A DNA stretch of 64,000 bases from the human T2T-CHM13v2.0 reference genome, Homo sapiens: the NCBI RefSeq assembly GCF_009914755.1, contig NC_060947.1. The stretch is one strand, 5' to 3'. A model generated the notes under the pieces. That model had not been told where the DNA came from. It searched no databases and worked only from the letters and a program-made list of their open reading frames with translations. This document shows, piece after piece, positions 43,043-55,250 of the stretch. A program made the translations under genes and the position numbers. Position 1 is the first letter of the stretch, and the number at the start of each line of letters is the position of its first letter.

Positions 43043-45005
43043 GAGCTTATGTATAGTTAGACCACAGCAAAATCAATTGAAGTATAGGAATGACCCTAAA
43101 ACTTGGACAGAAATTAAGCCCTTGCTTTCCCCGGTCATCCTTAATATTTTTCTCTTGGAAACCACTTTCCCTACCAGGTCCAAATAGACTTCAACTGTGA
43201 CAAAGACATCAGTCTCAACATTTGGACCTGAAGTTAGTCCTGTTGTAGACTCCATAGCAGGCATGCATGAGGTGAGCCCTGGGTACCCCATATCTTGCCT
43301 TCACACTTGCTGTTTATATTGTAGGATTGAGTTTTTGCCTTAGTATCATATTGGCATTGCACATTTCCCTAAATCTCAGCCCACATGACCAGCACTTTAA
43401 CTATTTCCAGACATATGAGTACATCCTTCTTACCAAGGCAGATAGATCCTCTTGCCATGTGTCTCACCGTCTATCTCCCACAATCTCTTGCAAGCTTCCT
43501 GGATCCTGTTCTGATTAATCATCTTGTCCCATACTTGGATGACTCTGAGTACCAAACATTGTCTGTGTCCCTGTTCCTGTGCCCCCATCTAACAGTCAGG
43601 GTCCCTCCCACAGGGCCCCTGCTTTCTGCTTCCTTCCAGAAGTCTATGTACTCCTGAAATCCCCAAAAAAACTCACAGAAGAGCTCCACTCATATATGAT
43701 ATTGGGCTTAGTTTCCAGATAATGTCTTCCCAACTAGATTGGAAGTGCTGTCAGGAAATTAAAATATAAGGGCCTACTAATACATGAGAAATTAATGCAT
43801 TTAAGTATAGTAAGGGAAAAGCACATAGCTGCTGCAGTTGCATCTCAATAAAGAGCTAAATCTCTAGAAGAAGAAAGTCGAAACATAGTCTCATAAACTT
43901 GACTGCAGGCTGTCACCCACATATTTGAAATAATAACCAGAGGTGCTGAGTTTTCAATTTTCTGATAATATAATATTAGTAATTTTAACCCAACATCCAA
44001 TATTGACCCTGGAAATGTTTTGAATTTAAGCCACAACATATGTACAGGCAGCATAACTCATTGGCAAGAACAAGTGCCAAGGTCACAATTCATGCTGGAA
44101 TCATTTCTGCCACTTCCTCCCCTTCAACCACCTTCTAGTTGAAGTGATGGAGATTTGGTAGCATCTAGGAAGTTTTGGCAGCTGATGACAAGTTATTACT
44201 TTGACAATAACACCATGTTATTATTTTGAAATTTTAGCTACTGAGCCACAACACTATACACCCAAGACAGTCCTCTATGGACCAGCTGGGTGCATGGCTT
44301 TGAGGCCTGATGGTAAGGCCTTGGCAGGATTTGCTGTTCTTGGAATTACCCACTGCTATACAACCTCCTCCATCTCAGTTGACCCATCTTAGTTTCCCAT
44401 CTCTATATTTCACTAACAAATCAGATTTAGCACCATTGTTCATTAAAAAGAATGATGTATAAATGGAAACTCCATCTAACAGTTGAGTGAAGAGCTTGTG
44501 TACTTCCCAGGACAGTGAACAAAATCATCAGACAAGAATTAATTTGAGGCTTCTCTTCCACTGATATTTGCAATATTCTTAAATTGTAACCATTATTTCT
44601 ACTGGAAAAAAAAACAGGTAGTATATGTTTACTAAAATCTTATTATTGGTACTTAAAGCTCTAAATACAACTGATTCTTGAAAAGATAATTTATATAATT
44701 ACTACTGATTATTCATTCCGGGGTGATGATATCCTAGTATATGCAACAACTCTGTATGATCATATTCTGCTAATACTTCCATGTTCCACATGTCTTCTAG
44801 TCCTCGGTAGGCGTATCTAAGAAAATGAAAGTAACTCATCCTTTCCAGGACACTAGGGGAAAACAGCAACACACAAAGTAAGCCATCATTAGATTTGGGG
44901 CCTGAGAAAGCATTTGAGCATGAGAGAAAGATGACTTCGCTTTTTGGTAGATACATACCACCCCTTGCTACATACATATGCACGCACATCCACTCACATC
45001 CCCCA

Positions 45006-45006
<1 letters not shown>

Positions 45007-45052
<46 letters not shown>
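45007..45052. repeat. (CA)n microsatellite
   Basis: About 23 units. Confidence 0.97.
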
Positions 45053-45054
<2 letters not shown>

Positions 45055-45116
45055 CTCTACGAACAGCTGTCTGAGCAGATTTTAGGGCATAATCCTACCT
45101 TCCCACAGAAGTGTAG

Positions 45117-45481
45117 TGTGTTAGTCTGTTCTCACGCTGCTAATAAAGACATACACAAAACTGGGTAATTTATAAAGGAAAGAGGTTTAATGGACTCACA
45201 GTTCCACATGGCTGGGGAGGCCTCACCATCACGGCAGAAGGCAAATGAGGAGCAAAGGCTTGTCTTACATGGCAGCAGGCAAGAAACGGTGTGCAGGGGA
45301 ACTTCCATTTATAAAAACCATCATATCTCATGAGACTTATTCACTACCATGAGAGCAGGATGGAAAAGACCCACCCCCATGATTCAGTTACCTCCCACCA
45401 GGTCCCTCCCATGACACGTGGGAATTATGGGAGCTACAATTCAAGATGAGATTTGGGTGGGGACAGAGCCAAACCATATCG
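45117..45481 (-). mobile_element. THE1 (B/C-like) MaLR solo LTR
   Basis: ttagtctgttctcacgctgctaataaagacatac...gagatttgggtggggacagagccaaaccatatc. Confidence 0.92.
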
Positions 45482-46126
45482 GGCAGCAAGAACAAAGCTA
45501 TTTTTTCTCCTTACCTAGCTGCACTGACAACACTCAGTGAGATTATTGGGTAGAGCCTCAACCTCATTCTTACAGATGCTTCAATTTATAATTTAGTAAT
45601 ACAAACAAGATATCTTGCTATTGTACTTCCCTTTTCACGACTAATTGCCCTTAACACCAAGCACGTTACAGTCATTAAATGCAGTGCTAACATCACCCTT
45701 CCACTCTTGAAATTGTTAACAGCAACAGTGAACACAATATATAACATTTTAATTTTTTAAATTATTTTTAAAAATATACTTCCACATCTTTTTCCCCTCA
45801 CTGCATTATTGACACATGATACATGTAAACACACACATAGATATTCACCCATTCCCACCCCCTTGAAAACACACACAAACAGCACATACACACACAAGCG
45901 CACCTACATTCCTACCTACCTTCCTCTCCTTCCCCCCCACCACACACACAGACTTAGAGGCAGGGGCAGGAATTGTTAGAAAAGCCACAATTTATCTGAC
46001 AGAATCTGACCTTTCTAAGATTTGGATTCCCAGGAGCAACAGAAACAAAATGTAATGTAATAGTTAGTAAAACAGTGTTTAGGTTTGAGGAAATGTTACT
46101 GTGCCAATGAGAAAGATATGTGCATA

Positions 46127-46550
46127 TATCTTAGTTTGGGGTCCCCTAGAGGCAGAACCTGAGACAAGGAATTGCCAGCTGAGCGGGTAGTTTATTTGGG
46201 AAGGAAATGCAAATGACAGGGGAAGGGAAGACAGGCAATAAAGAGTACACGAGTGATGAGCAGGTTTACCTGGTAAGAAATTGGAGCTTGAGCCCTCTGA
46301 GAAAATCTGAGCACATCTCAAAATTATCACTTCTAACCCAAAGGCGAAGGAGGTCGGGATTTGTACCCCCAACTCTCTTTAGTAATTGGTTGAGGGATGG
46401 GGTGGGAAATGGGTAATTCCGTGGCACTGTTTATGACTTGCTGCAGGTAGGCAAATAAGACCCTGGAGGCCAGAGAGAAGCCTCAGAACAATACATTTAG
46501 GTACAGGCAAGTTGGATGAAAATGGTGAAGGACACAAGCGACGTGCTACA
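46127..46550 (-). mobile_element. LTR16C-like ERVL solo LTR
   Basis: tcttagtttggggtcccctagaggcagaacctgagacaagga...tagtttatttgggaagg. Confidence 0.7.
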
Positions 46551-46627
46551 GCATACATTTGCTTCCGTGTATGTTTTAGTATGTACTAGCACGTATGTTT
46601 TCATATAGCTATGTGAGCAAAATTGCT

Positions 46628-46667
46628 TCTATAAATGTGGCACAAGACACTGTGCCACATTTATAGA
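46628..46667. repeat. Perfect 17-bp inverted repeat with 6-nt loop
   Basis: tctataaatgtggcaca-agacac-tgtgccacatttataga. Confidence 0.95.
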
Positions 46668-47168
46668 CACATAGACAAAACATTAGGCCACAGACAAAAA
46701 GGTAGGCCAACAGCGAAATGAAAAAGATCCTCCAAACGGCAAGGGAAAAACCTACTGAAAAGAAAAACAGAACGACTCAACTGTAGATCATGGACATCAG
46801 ATGGTGGCTTAGAAATGCCACAATGATAAAATGCTTCTGCAGTAGACAGAAATAACATTAGCTCCTCCCAACCATGAAAATTATGAAGAAAGCCACATGC
46901 CAGAATCACCACAAAATGACAGTTATCTGGATTTTAAATAGCTTACATTCTTCCAAATTAATCTACAAAAAAAGGCAAGATAAAACAATATCAGAACAAC
47001 TGGGGATTCCCAGCAATTTCATGAAAAGACATGAACTTGCAAAGACTAGAATAGAAAGTTTGCACCAGATAATGTTCAGATAAACAAGATAGTTCCCTGA
47101 CTGCTCTAAAAATAGGCATGTAGCTCAACAAGATAGAGACCAGCCAACTAGACAAAGAACAAAGAGCT

Positions 47169-47972
47169 TGTGGTAAACTGCAAAAATAGCCACGAATCTT
47201 CCTTTCCCCATCACCAAACCCTCATGATCAATGTGCCTTTGTAACTCCACCCATCAGTGAGTGGGCCCCACCCAGTTTCCACCACTAGAATCTGGGTTGG
47301 TTCTCCTGACTTGGCTAAAGGAATAGAAGTTTACTTAACACAAGCAGAATCCTGCAGGCTGATGAACAATGCAGAACCCAGGTTCCTTCCTGATACGGTT
47401 TGGCTGTGTCCCCACCCAAATCTCATCTTGAATTCCCACGTGTTGTGGGAGGGACCTGGTGGGAGGTAACTGAATCATCGGGGCAGGTCTTTCCTGTGCT
47501 GTTCTCGTGACAGTGAATAAGTCTCATGAGATCTGATGGTTTTGAAAAATGGGAGTCTCCCTGTACAAGCTCTCTCTTTGCCTGCTGCCACTCATGTAAG
47601 ACATGACTTGCTCCTCCTTGCCTTCCACCATGATTGTGAGGCTTCCCCAGCCACATGAAACTAATAAAAGTCCAACCTCTTTCTTAAGAAACTTTTAAGA
47701 AACTTAACTTTCTTAAGAAAGTTAAATGTCTTTCTTTTGTAAATCGCCCAGTCTTGGGTATGTCTTTATCAGCAGCATGAAAATGGACTAATATACTTCC
47801 CCTTTGTCCCCACCTCACCAAACTGCTCGCAAACTACCAGACAAGGAAGACATATGCCTAAGGCCCAAGAAAGGTGCTGAGTGAGACCCAGACCAGATGA
47901 ATTTCCTGGAAGATGGTGGTAGTTTTAGGTTACTAATCTTTGGAGTAGGTTTGTCATGCAGCAACTGCTTAC
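47169..47972 (+). mobile_element. MLT1 (F/G-like) LTR interrupted by THE1C
   Basis: tgtggtaaactgcaaaaatagccac...gaatctgggttgg; 3' end ttttaggttactaatctttggagtaggtttgtcatgcagcaa. Confidence 0.6.
47391..47795 (+). mobile_element. THE1C-like MaLR solo LTR
   Basis: tgatacggtttggctgtgtccccacccaaatctc...aatggactaatata; 5-bp TSD cttcc. Confidence 0.93.
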
Positions 47973-48015
47973 TTTCTCAAGACCCTGATAGGCCTTCAGG
48001 CTCAACATGCATTTC

Positions 48016-48300
48016 ATGCTTTACAAATATTTATTAATTGCTTACTGTGGCCTGCCACTGTTCTAGGTTCAGGGTATAAATAAATGATAAAAAGAGTCAA
48101 AGTATCTACTCTCATGGAGTTTGCATTCAGATATGAAGAAACATCTAAGCAAATAATAAAATAAATATATAATATGCTAGACGGTGATAAGTCTTGAGAA
48201 AGAAAGAAAAATGGGGTAAGGGTGTCAGCAAGTGACAGAGGTTGAGGGCACTGTTTCAGACAGCAGTTGGGAAGGCCTCTCTGTGGACCTGACATTTGCA
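48016..48300 (-). mobile_element. L2a
   Basis: acaaatatttattaattgcttact...ctctcatggagtttgcattc...ggaaggcctctctg. Confidence 0.75.
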
Positions 48301-49131
48301 CTGGCTTCTAGCTACCTGTCCTCTCCATCTCCCACCTCTCTTCCTGTAGTTCACTTCACTCCAGTCACACTGGCCTTCTCTTCTAACCAGCAATGCATAT
48401 TGTTGCCTTGGAGCATTTATACTCCCTGTTGGCTCCACTTCATTCATGGAGGTATCTGCAAGAAGAGCCTCTGAGTGGAGGGAACAGTGAGTGGGGGTTG
48501 CTCTTACCTGATATGGGAGAAACTGGAGGAGGAGTGATGCTCAAAATAGTTTCCACTGTTCTCCAGAGTCTAAGCTAAAATTATCTGGCAAGGGTGTAGG
48601 GGTTGGGGTGATTCCATGGAGAGCCTTAACTCTAAAAGAAAGGTGGAGCAGCATCTTCCTCGTCAGACAGGGAATGAAGATGCCACAAAATGATCACCTT
48701 TCCTAATCTGAATATATAGGTGCTTTCAGTATACCCAAATTCTTACAGTAAAAGAATCTTGAGCTAGAACTGGATATTCTTGATCAAAGGAATCCAATAA
48801 GCAATATACACTACTGATTTAGTTATTTAAACACTTGATTGTCATGGTTTTCCCTCTGCAAAGCTCCCAATGCCATTGTTTATTACCTTCAGCTGTTACA
48901 GAATTTGGGAAAGGGGATGAGGTTCTCTACATGTCTGATCCCAGAGCTAGTGATATTATTCCATTTTTCCAGATGAGAAAACCCTCAGAAAGTTTACAAA
49001 GTAAATTCCATACACGAGATTTCAAGTCAAGTTTGTCTCATTCCAATTATACCATGAACACTAAATTCCCTTCTCTGTATCCCCCAATCAGTCTTTCTTT
49101 GGCTGAATAATTCAAAATAAGCCCAACTCAA

Positions 49132-49912
49132 GTGTAAATTAGTACAGCCACTATGGAGAACAGTTTGGAGGTTTCTTGAAAAACTAAAAATAGAGCTACC
49201 ATACAACACAACAATCCCACTCCTAGATATATATCCCCCAAAAAAGGAAATCAGTATATCAAAGAGATATCTGGATTCTCGTGTTTATTGCAGCACTACT
49301 CACAATAGCTAAGATCTGGAAGCAATCTAAGTATCCATCAACAGATGAATGGATAAAGAAAATGTGGTATGTATACACAATGGAGTACTATTCAGGCATA
49401 AAAAAGAATGAGATCCTGTCATTTGTAAAAACATGGATGGAATTGGAGGCCATTATATTAAGTGAAATAAGACAGGCACAGAAAGACAAACTTTGCATGT
49501 TCTCATTTATTTGTGGGAGCTAAAAATTAAAACAATTGAATTCATGGACATAGAGAGTAGAAAGATGGTTACCAGAGGCTGGGAAGGACAGTGTGGGGCT
49601 GGGGTGGGGTAATGGTTAATGGATACAAAAAAAAAAATGGTTAGAATGCATGAATAAGACCTAATATTTGCTAACACAACAGGGGGACTATAGTAAAAAA
49701 TAATTTAATTGTCCATTTTAAAGTAACTAAAATAATATATTTGGATTATTTGTAACACAAAGGATAAATGCTTGAGGTGATGGATACCCCATTTACCCTG
49801 ATATGATTATTAAACATTACATGCCTATATCAAAATATCTTATGTGCCACATAAAAATATATGCCTACTACGTACCCACAAAAATAAAAAAAAATAAAAA
49901 GACAAAAAAAAT
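49132..49912 (+). mobile_element. L1MA (2-4-like) 3' end
   Basis: ORF2 C-terminus (MFIAALLTIAKIWKQSKYPSTDEWIKKMW), 3'UTR and A tail. Confidence 0.92.
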
Positions 49913-49949
49913 ACTCCCACCTCCACTTCTTTTACAATTGGAGAACAAC

Positions 49950-50290
49950 TCTGATGTCTCCATTACATTTTCTTTTCTTTTATAGCCTGAATGTCACCAG
50001 TTCCTGTAATGCTTTCTCAATGATATGATGTCCCTATCTTTAAATCTCACTCAATAATGTTTTTCTTACAGTGAAGGGACTGGTCTTACACACATAGCTT
50101 GAATGATAATGACTGTAAAACTTCCCTTGATCTGGACAACTAGGTTTGTTTTCATTTTTGGAATCTGAAACAGAAATAATTTCCTCTCCCACATCACAGT
50201 CATTGACTCATTACATCTACAGTAAAATAAAACCTCCAGGTCTTTCATCCTAAACTATATTTGCCGTTCTCCCTCTCAGTCTCATGCAAT
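49950..50290 (-). mobile_element. CR1/L3 ORF2 fragment
   Basis: Minus translation KDLEVL resembles EKDLGVL; cttttctttatagcctgaatgtcaccagttcc resembles antisense LG.FSLEKRR. Confidence 0.55.
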
Positions 50291-50308
50291 TTGTTTTTTA
50301 TCTAATTG

Positions 50309-50630
50309 TGTCTTGGTTTGGGTTTCCTGAGAAGCAGATTATTTGACAAAGCTGCAAGTATGAGTGGTTCCTGTAGGAGGTGATCCAAGGAAACCTCTGT
50401 AATGGAATGAGGAATTGAGGCAGTGAAGGACAAGCATACAATAAAGCATTACCAACCAAGTTTCCACTGTGGGCAAATAAAGTCCAATTCCTTTACAGAA
50501 TTCTAGGAGACTGTGCAGAACATACCTCAGAGTTATGCCAGCTGAGCAGTGAGAAACTGGATGATTTGTCCACTAACAACCCATCATGTAATAAACATAT
50601 CCTTATACTTCCACCCTTGCCCCTGACCAA
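50309..50630 (-). mobile_element. LTR16-like ERVL solo LTR
   Basis: tgtcttggtttgggtttcctgagaagcaga...ggaggtgatccaagga...ccactgtgggcaa. Confidence 0.65.
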
Positions 50631-53459
50631 AAGGGCCACCAGGATAAGCAAACAATACTGAATTATCTCATCCAGCCCATGTTGGTTGCCTGTGTTTAAA
50701 TGTTATGAAGTAAATACAAGGTAGCTATTAATTAAGCAGGCCCCCAAACCCCTTACTATGTGGAGAGTTTTAGTACCCCAAAATGACAAAACTGTTGTTT
50801 TTTAAAATGCCTTTTTTTTCCAAAATAATTTATAGCTTAGAATTATGCAGGCTATTACTATGCTTCCTTCCAATAAAGTGGAATTAGTACTCATTTGCTA
50901 TAATTTACTATCTAATCCCATTCACCAGGAAAATGTCCTCAAGTTCAGGAAAACACTTCTCTTGGGGCCTGCTTCTTTCTTGCAGGAAAATTTCAGCAGA
51001 AAAATCTGTACTGTCTCATTTCCAGAGCACTTTTGGTTTTACAGATACTTACCAGTGATACTTTAGGATCTGAGTTACTTCTCAGTGAATAAATGCAGAG
51101 GAACAATAAGGTTTATTGTGCCAAATTTTGTTTGCATTAGGGTTTTTTTAAAAAGACTTCTAATGTCTTCCTATTTCTTATGCTGGATGATTTTCTGACA
51201 CACAACAGACACACTGGAAAAGGAGACATAAACAGAATCGATGTCTTTCATTCAACAAGAAAAGAACGCTCCCTTCTTAAGGAAAGACAAGGCTGGATAT
51301 TGGCCTAATTTTCATCAGGATATGTATTCCAATTAATGAAACTCCACCAAGAGAGATCATTGCTGAGATAAGCCTAGGAGGAAAAAGCTCTGCTCTCCCT
51401 TTTGTTAGATGCTCTTCTCATTTCCATTGACATATTTCACTGTTATACAGACCAGAATATTAGACCGATCTCATCATGTAATGTTCTTTTAGTTTTTCTT
51501 TTTTCAATGAACTGTGGGTCTCAATGAAAAGCTTTGAAAATAGTAAATGCTCATGAGAGATTTTTGTGGCTTGACTTTTCACTGTCACGTACAAACTTAT
51601 TCCAAGAGCAACACATTTCCTGATTCCTTTCAAATATTTTGGTCATTAACTTTTTATTATCTCCTTTGCAACAAGGTTACAATTATTGGGCTGTTACAGC
51701 ACTAAATAGAATCGTTCAATGAATAGTAGGTAAATTTTCATGTTCAAAATATTGATGGTTCCTTCATGCCTCATAATATCCAGAGAACAACACAGAAGGG
51801 TAGTTGGAAGAAGGCTTATCAAGTTAATCTAATACAACCCTTCAACAGCTGGACTTTTATCAAACTATTCAGTTAGATACTTTTCTTTAGGACAGGGATG
51901 GCAAATGCACGGTATTAGCATGCTGCCTCCCCTCACCAGCATATGAGAGACTGATCAATCAGAGTCCTCATAATTAATCTTTTTCAACTCAACCCTGAAG
52001 GCAGCCAAGACTAATTGATCAAAGTAGGCACTGAGATGATATCAGCAGATCCCTAACCAACTTTGGCAGTGTGATGCACTATCTTGATAAGCTTTCCATC
52101 AGCAAACTTATACCCAATTCTAAGCCACATGTGCTCAATTCATAAGTCAAAGTAATAGGCACATATGGCCCTCAACTGTTTTATCCAGTTGAAAACCTGT
52201 GAGCCAAGATTCGCAAAAGTCACGGGCAATGTACTCAGCTTCATGGATGGCTCATCAACCACAAAATGTAGAAAGTAGCTACAGTCCCACTTTTTCTATG
52301 GGGAAGGTTACTCTTGAACAAAGAGCATGACTTGCCTCTAGCACAAGCGTAAGCACACAGTCAACATAAATAATGATTTTTAGTGAATAAGTCATTGAAA
52401 TGAACAATTCACCTTGAAATTCATGGGGCAAAGCACGCTACCCCTCCATAAAACAAATAAATGAGATTTAACCTGTCCTAGAGTATGGCTAAAAATGACA
52501 ATATCTCTTTGATTTTAGCTGTGTCCCTCCATAAAGAAAGGAAACCTAATTTGGTCCCCTGTTCCTTGAATGATACGCACTTGTATTTCCAACATGGATT
52601 CACATCATCTCATAATCCTTAGCAGTCTTGACCTGGAGACTTCAAGCAGCCTGTCAGGATGTTTTTAAAGGAAATCTCTGCTCGCTTAGCACGTTTCAGA
52701 GATCCTCTCTGCCTTAATTCTCACCGCTACCTATCAGCTAATATTGTTAAGAGGCAGGCACATATGCAAAGAAAATTATATTCTTCTGGACACCTTATTC
52801 CCCTTATTTCTATCTAAAAGATTTTCTTTGCAATACCATGTCATCAAACCAAAAGTGTTTATTGCCTCTAATCTGTATATCATTCTGTACTTTCCATTTT
52901 TCTCCCATGGGCATGATTTTAACCAGTAATTCCTAATCTTTTCAGGCAGTCCTAACAGCCCAGCCAACCAATTGATGGTGTGTAACCTTTTGTTTTTCAT
53001 TTCAGGAGAGACACTTCCCATTGCAGGCCAAACTTACAATTATTACACTGGCCTGTATATTGCTACTTTCCTTGGAAATTGCATTTTCCATTTCTGACAT
53101 CATTTGTTCTCTTAACAATTCCAGTGAGAATCTTCTCATGTGGTTCTGAAGAAATGGGCCCAAGCTTTAGCGGAACACAGCAACGCAATATGAATATAAA
53201 TTTACTAACATCTAAGGAATTTGAGGCTTTTGTTCTTCACCCAACTTTGCCTGCAACCACAGACATCACGAGGTAGTGTTATAGTGGAGGATCAATATTG
53301 AACACACTCTACATAATTTATATACTGCTTTGTAGGGGGCAACTATTACTTGTTTTAATCATTCAGGACATTAGAATCTTAACTGCAATTGCCATTGGTG
53401 CCAGAACAAGGCATGGGGCTACTCTTCCTTGAGCTTACACTGTAATTACAAAGGGATGA

Positions 53460-54042
53460 TTTAAGACACAAAAAGCAATTGCAACAAAAACAAAAATTGA
53501 CAAGTGGGACCTAATTTAACTAAAGAGCTTGTGCACAGCAAAAGTAACTACCAACAGAGTAAACAGAGAACCTACAGAATGGGAGAAAATATTTGCAAAC
53601 TATGCACCCAACAAAGGTCTAATATCCAGAATGTTTAAAGCACACAAATGAATTAACAAGCAAAAAACAAACAATCCCATTAAAAATGGGGAAAGGACAG
53701 GAACAGACACTTCCCAAAAGAATACATGCATGTGGCCAACAAGCATATGAAAAAATGCTCAACATCATTAATCATTAGAGAAATGCAAATCAAAACCACA
53801 ATGAGTGAGATACCATCTCACACCAGTCAGAATGGCTATTATTAAAAAGTCAAAAAATAACAGATGCTGGCGAGGTTGTGGAGAAGAGAGAACACTTATA
53901 TACTGCTGTCAGGAATGTAAATTAGTTCAGTCACTGTGGAAAGCAGTTTGGAGATTTCTCAAAGAACTTAGAACTACCACTGGACCCAGCAATCCCATTA
54001 CTGGGTATACACCCGAAGGAATATAAATCATGATGCCATAAA

Positions 54043-54092
<50 letters not shown>

Positions 54093-54570
54093 TTCATCAC
54101 AGGCACTATTCACAATAGCAAAGACATGGAATCCTACTAGATACCCATCAACAGTAGACTGGATAAAAACAATGTGGCACATATACCCCGTGGAATACTA
54201 CCCAGCTATAAAAAAGAACAAAATCATGTCCTTTACAGCAACATGGATGCAGCTGGAGGCTGCTATCCTAAGCTAATTAAGACAAGAACAGAAAACCAAA
54301 TACCACACATTCTTATTTATAAGTAGGAGCTGAAACACTGAATACACATGAACACAAAGAATGGAACAATAGACACAGGAACCTACTTGAGGGAGGAGGG
54401 TGGGAGGAGGGTGAGGATCAAAAAACTACCTATTGGGTACCATGTTCGTTACCTGGGTGACAAAATAATCTGTACACCAAACCCCCAGGACATGCAATTT
54501 ACCCATGTAATAAACCTAGACATGTACCTCCTGAACCTAAAACAAAGTTGGAAGGGGGAAAAAAAAAAAG
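53460..54570 (+). mobile_element. L1PA15/16-like 5'-truncated element
   Basis: ORF2 C-terminus ([27 protein letters not shown]), 3'UTR and A tail; embedded (CA)n at 54044-54089. Confidence 0.93.
54044..54089. repeat. (AC)n microsatellite inside L1
   Basis: Perfect run. Confidence 0.95.
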
Positions 54571-54850
54571 AGTAGGTTTGCTTTAAAAAAAAGAAAAAAA
54601 AAAAAAAAAAAAAAAAGAAATGCCTGATGCCACACCTCTGACTTCTGTTGGGGCAGGGATCCCCTGGGATGGGTGTATAAGCCTTCCCTCTTGTCACAGG
54701 TCAAAGGATACGATCAGAAAGGGCTACTTTCTGAAAATCATCAGTTAGATAATAGAGCCAGAAGTGGTCATTAATAATGGTGGTCAGAAAAATCATGATG
54801 TGAAGCCAACTAGAATGGAAGAAGTCAGTGCATATCAAGAAGAACCATGG

Positions 54851-55250
54851 GCCAGGCACAGCAGCTCACGCCTATAATCCCAGCACTTTGTGAGGCCAAG
54901 GTGGAGGATCACTCGAGCTCAGGAGTTCAAGACCAGCCTGGTCAACATGGTGAAACCCCATCTCTACTGAAAATACAAAAATTAGTGGGGTGTGGGGGCA
55001 TGAACCTGTAATCCCAGCTGCTCGGGAGGCTGAGGCAGGAGAATCTTTGAACCCAGGAAGCAGAGACTGCAGTGGGCTGAGATCGCACCACTGCACTCCA
55101 GCCTGGGTGACAGAGCGAGACCCTGTCTCACAAAAAGGAAAGAAAGAAAAGAAAGGCAGAAAGAAAGGCAGGCAGGCAGGAAGGAAGGGAAGGAAAAAGA
55201 AAAGAAAAGAGGAGTGGAGAGGAGAGGAAAAAGAAAAGAAAAGAAAAGAG
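54851..55250 (+). mobile_element. Alu (Jb/Sz-like) with extended purine-rich tail
   Basis: Dimer to ~55131, then (GAAA/GGAA/GGCA)n; TSD-like gaaccatg/gagccatg. Confidence 0.92.

Noticed and set aside
45117-47795. THE1 LTRs as the ends of one provirus
   Set aside because: Opposite orientations, the right copy has its own TSD, and there is no THE1 internal sequence between them.
48782-48790. Isolated TCF/LEF motif gatcaaagg (and a DR1-like aggtcaaaggata at 54698)
   Set aside because: Single short motifs are expected by chance; no supporting cluster.
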